From positions 1-64,000 of the IMG/VR virus record IMGVR_UViG_3300032007_000003: 64,000 bases of DNA; one strand, written 5' to 3'. This document shows positions 59,901 to 64,000 of the stretch, one piece after another. The notes beneath the pieces are model-generated. The model had not been told where the DNA came from. It saw nothing but the letters and a program-made list of their open reading frames with translations, and did not search any database. The DNA is from a virus. Its lineage: Duplodnaviria > Heunggongvirae > Uroviricota > Caudoviricetes. Made by a program: the position numbers and the translations under genes. The stretch's first letter is position 1; each line of letters begins with the position of its first letter.

Positions 59901-60428
59901 AGAAACTTTGCACAGACTGATAACACAGCTTATCCTTGGTTTGCACCAGCAGGCGTTGGACGTGGTAACGTTGACTGTGTAAGAGCACACTTCATCACTA
60001 AGCTTGGAGACGAGGATGTTCTTTACGAGGGCAGAATCAACCCAATTAAGACATTTGCTCAAGACGGTCCAAAGATTTGGGGTCAGAAGAACTTGCAGAT
60101 TAATGAGTCTCAACTCAATAGAATCGCAGTTCGTAGATTGCTTCTTAGAATGAGAAAGTTGATTGCAATCTCTTGTATCGGTCTTATCTTCGAGCCAAAC
60201 GATGCTACTGTTAAACAGTCATTCTTGTCAACAGTTACTCCAATCATGGATAGCATCAGAAGCAACAGAGGTATCTCTGACTACAGAATCGAGATTAATG
60301 ATACAATCGAGTCAAGGGAGAGAAGAGAGCTTCCAGTGAAGATTTACTTCAAGCCTTACAATGCATTAGAGTACATTACAATCGACTTCATCATCACACC
60401 AGAAGGAGTGAATTTTGAGGACATTTAA
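56985..60428 (+). CDS. Tail sheath protein (gp18-like)
   Basis: SPGIYTREID, VGET.KGPAF, YYPW, PWFAPAG..RG, LY..RINPI, WGQK, RI.VRRLL, FEPND. Confidence 0.96.
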   Translation: MADNARGIHVSPGIYTREIDINYAVRSLGITTLGVVGETLKGPAFQAMDIANWREFQEVFGGTSTEKFKGSQYPKYELPYIAKSYLSESEQLKVVRVLGLSGYNAGPAWLVTATDGNSGSTPIAVAVIRSRGTYNPYETGSTTACTCEETKYDVLKYFVGEKATSGLAGNICAKNGYNMKALQIRPYVPMDSNGDECSGYGMGADSGATNFLISQTNHGRFKLVGVVGVYNASGDTGTDEIIKAGEGKSSNTAHTRSWAESMGYFEYPVTLNPYDKEYILNVLGSKPYDGDAPIFVESLYDVALDQAIIEGSVNKISSALTEYDAFYTADYCHHEPVSSLMVKAPETLRRKDVGVRVLADGEAIKLGMYATPYDYNTNKPYTVKTIPSGYTIVNVMPEAIAAGTDEQKATWSANTLAQVAVLAGQIYTVRQYTNADGKRDYHYGYYDKASVSAFTTSYATATPIKKVDPTNLYGNLKGGGTKGMESDSNLATMDCDSRFATLVLNTYDGLYYKMVGDEVKYVQLDMNDYKSAYRYASTPWIVSNLKGDYNHVELNKLFRFHTITDGNNANYEVKISIENIRPDDGVFDVVVRRIDDADESIVPLERFSKCSMIPGDSNYIAYKIGSFDGVYESKSKYITVEVNETTAAKMSVPAGFLGYPIPQYSGITITGSGSSVNFPILKYNRFFDPDIKNRKQYFGLSSWVGVDIDNFTFKGNKAYIDNPAFLTRGFHLDSRLDADNGGISAYTVDGESGYKFDCVSTNSRTSTLSEPPIIGTEDDMYGSIYEYVNLRKFTVFFYGGFDGWDDYRDQRTNTDGYKMSQYRGFINQGSGEGYAFNRIKNPDLLQLNQNGITSDWYAYLSGIRQFSNPEATDINVFATPGIDYVNNRLLVEEAIEMVEEERADSIYVVTTPDKPSGAGDYVDEMFTPEEAVDNLEDAEIDSNYTCTYYPWVKYLDQDNNQYIYLPATKDAVRNFAQTDNTAYPWFAPAGVGRGNVDCVRAHFITKLGDEDVLYEGRINPIKTFAQDGPKIWGQKNLQINESQLNRIAVRRLLLRMRKLIAISCIGLIFEPNDATVKQSFLSTVTPIMDSIRSNRGISDYRIEINDTIESRERRELPVKIYFKPYNALEYITIDFIITPEGVNFEDI

Positions 60429-60477
60429 ATAACACTATAACGAAAAAAGTGGAGGAATTTAAGTTCCCCCACTTTTT

Positions 60478-61131
60478 TTATAATCCGTATTCAGAAAGGT
60501 CTATATCGACTTCCTTTGCAGCTTCCCTATCAATGTCCCTCACAACCAAATCTCTCATCTTGGAGAGCATTCTAATAGCTTCTATATTCTCACAGCGAAT
60601 TGCTTGTGTTAAAGCTGAACAATCAATATCGTTAATTGCATTGATGTCAACATCTTTTTTAAGGAGTAGTTCTTTAGCAACCCAATTTAAGCGTTTCCAA
60701 GTGCAACAAACAATAAGAGCAGTATCTTCAGTGAGGTCTTTGGCATTGAAGTCAAATTTTGCAGATTCTAAAGTCATTTTAATCATCTTTTCAAATACCT
60801 CTTTCTCTTGCGGTAATTTACAGATTTCTTCAGAACCATACATATATAATAATGACCCAAGAAGAGTTTCACCAAAGCCATCTTCAACAGCAGAATCGAA
60901 TGTTGGATGATTCACAATCACCTCAAACAAATCGTACATATTGGAATTGATTGCCGAGAAAATAGGAACTCTCTGATTATACTCATAAGACACATCAATA
61001 CCTCTCTCAGAATTAATAAGATTGATTGCGCCTTGTTCATCACCACTATCAATCAGTTTGTGTAATTGAATGCAAGCATCGACATTTTTCTCAACCTTGC
61101 CAATACCTTTTAAACTAAATCCTTTTTTCAT
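60478..61131 (-). CDS. Ankyrin-repeat protein
   Basis: GETLL, EDTAL, D.SAL and DVDINA repeats; ATG at 61131 after promoter 61150-61181. Confidence 0.8.
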   Translation of the reverse strand: MKKGFSLKGIGKVEKNVDACIQLHKLIDSGDEQGAINLINSERGIDVSYEYNQRVPIFSAINSNMYDLFEVIVNHPTFDSAVEDGFGETLLGSLLYMYGSEEICKLPQEKEVFEKMIKMTLESAKFDFNAKDLTEDTALIVCCTWKRLNWVAKELLLKKDVDINAINDIDCSALTQAIRCENIEAIRMLSKMRDLVVRDIDREAAKEVDIDLSEYGL

Positions 61132-61206
61132 ATATAAAAAATGTTTTTGCAAAGGTACGAAAAAAAATTGGATTAACCAAGTAAGTTAACCCAATTTAAC
61201 ATATAT

Positions 61207-61587
61207 TTACCATATTTGGCATAACAACACCCATGTTACAATCACTTGTAGAAGGTGTATTGTTTGGTCAGCCATGAGATTTATATGGAGTTTGTTGCAT
61301 TTTTCATTATCAATCCAATAGTGTATAATGGTGTTGATGATAAATGCACCTAGCAATAGATACGATGAGACTGTAGGCAATAATATCATGCTTGGGATAA
61401 GTATCATTATAGACCAAGACATCGAATGAATTAGCAATGCCATTTTATAGTCATATTTATACAGTGACTTATATTCAAATAATTTTTCCCACCATACCTT
61501 TTGTTTCATCTTTGCCAAGTTACCTTGGAGATAGAAATCATCTACAATATGGGCTAGAATCATAAATAGTAGTAGTTTTATCGTCAT
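61207..61587 (-). CDS. DUF3307-like membrane protein
   Basis: AHIVDDFYLQ, H, HYWID..K, DQTIH. Confidence 0.8.
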   Translation of the reverse strand: MTIKLLLFMILAHIVDDFYLQGNLAKMKQKVWWEKLFEYKSLYKYDYKMALLIHSMSWSIMILIPSMILLPTVSSYLLLGAFIINTIIHYWIDNEKCNKLHINLMADQTIHLLQVIVTWVLLCQIW

Positions 61588-61729
61588 ATGTTATATGCTT
61601 TATAGTGGCAAATATATAGAAAATAATTAAGAATTCCAAAAAAATATGTGAAAAAAACTATGTATTTTATATTTATTAATAAAAATAGGGTAAGAATAAT
61701 AAAATAATCTAGATTAAATATTTGTAAAA

Positions 61730-62218
61730 ATGAGTGATTTACTTTTGAAAATGCCTCTTAACTATGAGCCGTTAAGAAAAAATAGATGGTTGTTAAGATT
61801 CCCAGCTGATTTGGGTATTCAAGAGTGGTGGTGCAAGAGTGCAAGCAGACCACATATCCAGCAAGAAGGAAAGGCAATTGAATTTTTAAACACAGAGACA
61901 TACGTTGTTGGAAGATACAAGTGGGCTACAATTCAAGTAACTTTGAGAGACCCAATTGGACCTTCTGCTTCGCAAGCAGTTATGGAGTGGATTCGTCTTC
62001 ACTCTGAGTCTGTAACTGGTCGTCAAGGCTATGCAGCTGGTTACAAGCGTGATGTTGAGCTTGAAATGCTCGACCCAACTGGTGTTGTTGTATCTAAGTG
62101 GATTCTTAAGAATGTAATGGTTACTGACGCAGATTTCGGAAACCTTGACTATTCTTCAGATGACTTGGCAGAGATTACATTAACATTGCAGATGGACTAT
62201 GCAATCTTAGCATACTAA
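61730..62218 (+). CDS. Tail tube protein (gp19-like)
   Basis: EP.RKNRW, A.RP, GRYKW..I.VTL.D, MLDPTG, FG.LDY. Confidence 0.92.
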   Translation: MSDLLLKMPLNYEPLRKNRWLLRFPADLGIQEWWCKSASRPHIQQEGKAIEFLNTETYVVGRYKWATIQVTLRDPIGPSASQAVMEWIRLHSESVTGRQGYAAGYKRDVELEMLDPTGVVVSKWILKNVMVTDADFGNLDYSSDDLAEITLTLQMDYAILAY

Positions 62219-62324
62219 AAAAGAGGTTTTAAAACAATCAATAATAAGTGTGAGAAACTATTTGTTTCTTGCACTTATTTTTTTATTATTTAAGAAATAA
62301 TAACAATTTAAAATAGTAAGAAAT

Positions 62325-63275
62325 ATGCCAACAGGTAGAAGTTATTCATTAAATGATTTAAAATCTGCACTAAAAACTAGAATGGCAGAGTTTGAAATGC
62401 TTAATAAGACACTCATAGAAGCAATCGAGAAAGGCTCTAGTGAGGTAACTATTGATGCAATTAAGGAAGCAATTAAGGATGCTGAAGAGAATATTAAGAC
62501 TCTGAGGGATTGGATTGAAACAAAGACAAATGATAAGGATGAAGCTAGTAAGACCACTTATTCATTCTATAATGAAATAAAGAAACCTACACTCCCAAGG
62601 TCAGTTAAAGTTGAAAGAAGTAAAAAGCTATCTGAAATTAAGAATAATCTTGATAAACTAGAAAACGAGCTTAAGGATTTGAAGGAAACAAAGAACAATT
62701 TCTTTGATGGTATTAAAAAGGGTACAAGTTCAAAGAAATTGGATGATGTGATTAAGAAAGACCTATCAAGTGACTATAAGCCTTACGATAGTCCTTACAA
62801 CAATCTTAACTATGATGAGATATATAAGAAGCCAAATACAATCAATTTCTTGAATAGTATAACTGACTGTAACGATGAAAAGTGTAAGGACTCAGAGTAC
62901 TGTAAGTATATTTGCAATACAAATAGATTTCTTGTAAAATTCAACGGATTCCCTATCATAATCAATGAATGGCTAGTTAAGAGACTTGACTATCTTTGTA
63001 CAAGTCAAATCAGTGTTACAATACAAGACCATCTTGTAAATAATAGACCAGTTATTGCAGATATAAGGGAATGGTTCAGAAGAGACTATGGAAATAAGTT
63101 TGGTATAACAATTGAGCATCTTGATAGAACTGGACATACATTATATTCTGAATGTTTACATGAATGCGAGATAAGTGATATTGTTAGAAGCAGTTTGGAC
63201 TACACTGTAAACGATTTTTCAACAATTACAATGCTTATTACCTTTAAAGAGGTTACTTATGAAACAGCCCATTAA
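62325..63275 (+). CDS. Coiled-coil protein with C-terminal tail-tube-like domain
   Basis: C-terminal ~120 aa align by eye with the adjacent tube protein. Confidence 0.65.
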   Translation: MPTGRSYSLNDLKSALKTRMAEFEMLNKTLIEAIEKGSSEVTIDAIKEAIKDAEENIKTLRDWIETKTNDKDEASKTTYSFYNEIKKPTLPRSVKVERSKKLSEIKNNLDKLENELKDLKETKNNFFDGIKKGTSSKKLDDVIKKDLSSDYKPYDSPYNNLNYDEIYKKPNTINFLNSITDCNDEKCKDSEYCKYICNTNRFLVKFNGFPIIINEWLVKRLDYLCTSQISVTIQDHLVNNRPVIADIREWFRRDYGNKFGITIEHLDRTGHTLYSECLHECEISDIVRSSLDYTVNDFSTITMLITFKEVTYETAH

Positions 63276-63780
63276 AAAGCGTGGAACTTCCATAATTAAA
63301 AATAAATCGAAGAAGCGTACAGTTCCAAAAACAAAATCAGTTATAGGAACTGTGCGTCCTCATCACCAGAAATATGGGACATCAAAACTTGAGGAAGACT
63401 TTGCAAGAGAATTTTTAGATAAGTTAGAAGTAAAATATGTGTACCAATTTGAGGCAAAAGATATCGGTAGGTTTTTTGATTTTTACCTCCCAAGTCACAA
63501 TCTTATCATTGAAGTTGATGGAGGATATTACCATAGTGACCCAAGAGTTGTTGATGAAAATCAACTTAACCCAATGCAGAAACACAATAAACGAGTGGAC
63601 GAGCATAAGAATAAATGGGCGTTAGTACATGGGATACCAATTATGAGAATTTGGGAGAAAGATATTCGTGAGAATCCAAAGATGGTAATGGAAGAATTAA
63701 AGAAAAGGTTATATATTGAGGATAAGAAAATTACAATCGCTGAAAAGAAAAATAAAAGACATATTAATAAAATAAAGTAA
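63259..63780 (+). CDS. DUF559/Vsr-like endonuclease
   Basis: FDFYLP...IIEVDGGYYH, D..KN..A, RIWE. Confidence 0.8.
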   Translation: MKQPIKKRGTSIIKNKSKKRTVPKTKSVIGTVRPHHQKYGTSKLEEDFAREFLDKLEVKYVYQFEAKDIGRFFDFYLPSHNLIIEVDGGYYHSDPRVVDENQLNPMQKHNKRVDEHKNKWALVHGIPIMRIWEKDIRENPKMVMEELKKRLYIEDKKITIAEKKNKRHINKIK

Positions 63781-63811
63781 GATATATTTATTTTTTACAA
63801 AGTTAAAAGTT

Positions 63812-64000
63812 ATGGAAGTTACATTATATTTACCTTACTATGATTATAATGATGGAAACTTTGACGTGAGCAATGATTATTACAATGAGAACGAATATTC
63901 AGATGCCATGTCTAAGGATTTCAATAAAAGTAAGGACATTGTTTATAATTCTGTCCTAGCTGCAAAAGAGGGTACAGGAAGCCTTATTCAAGGTACAGAT
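63812..64000 (+). CDS. Hypothetical protein, 5' partial (runs off window)
   Basis: MEVTLYLPYYDY... open to the end; late-type motif at 63784. Confidence 0.6.
   Translation, partial: MEVTLYLPYYDYNDGNFDVSNDYYNENEYSDAMSKDFNKSKDIVYNSVLAAKEGTGSLIQGTD

Noticed and set aside
1-64000. Alternative genetic code (TAG=Gln, as in Lak megaphages)
   Set aside because: Long genes (sheath, ClpC, MCP, terminase) are intact in code 11, and TAG ends several complete genes, e.g. the protease and both phosphoesterases.
1-64000. CRISPR array, tRNA or rRNA genes
   Set aside because: No regularly spaced repeats or cloverleafs seen; intergenic gaps are short and explained by promoters, terminators or the elements listed.

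Overview
64 kb segment of a large, AT-rich T4-like (myovirus) jumbo phage in the standard genetic code. The host is almost certainly a Bacteroidales bacterium: 15 copies of the Bacteroidetes primary-sigma promoter (TTTG-N19/20-TAnnTTTG) drive the accessory genes. Bases 1-2.5 kb hold a complete diversity-generating retroelement (VR, hairpin, structured TR RNA, avd, RT). Bases 4.4-32.8 kb are mostly early/accessory genes: glycosyltransferases, a methyltransferase, split ABC-ATPase/GNAT, phosphoesterases, dNMP kinase, thioredoxin, helicase, RlaP-like NTase, Thg1, SLT, ClpC, ThyA and homing endonucleases. Bases 32.8-64 kb are a late morphogenesis block (terminase, portal, prohead protease, scaffold, major capsid, sheath, tube) under a recurrent ATATTTAT(A/T) motif. 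Highlights: (1) a family of late proteins with a shared N-terminal KKxIRLTES-type leader and repeated hydrophobic-x-E sites, consistent with a capsid-targeted, protease-processed enzyme cargo system (NTase, GNAT, duplicated unknown domains); (2) a ~465 nt DGR template RNA closed by a long-range stem and placed behind the late motif; (3) a ~205 bp protein-less tnpB-element remnant that seems to keep only the omega-RNA; (4) a candidate -1 frameshift at TTTAAAAAAAAAC; (5) a structured, possibly switching 5' UTR before the lytic transglycosylase. All functional calls come from manual motif reading; no database searches were run.
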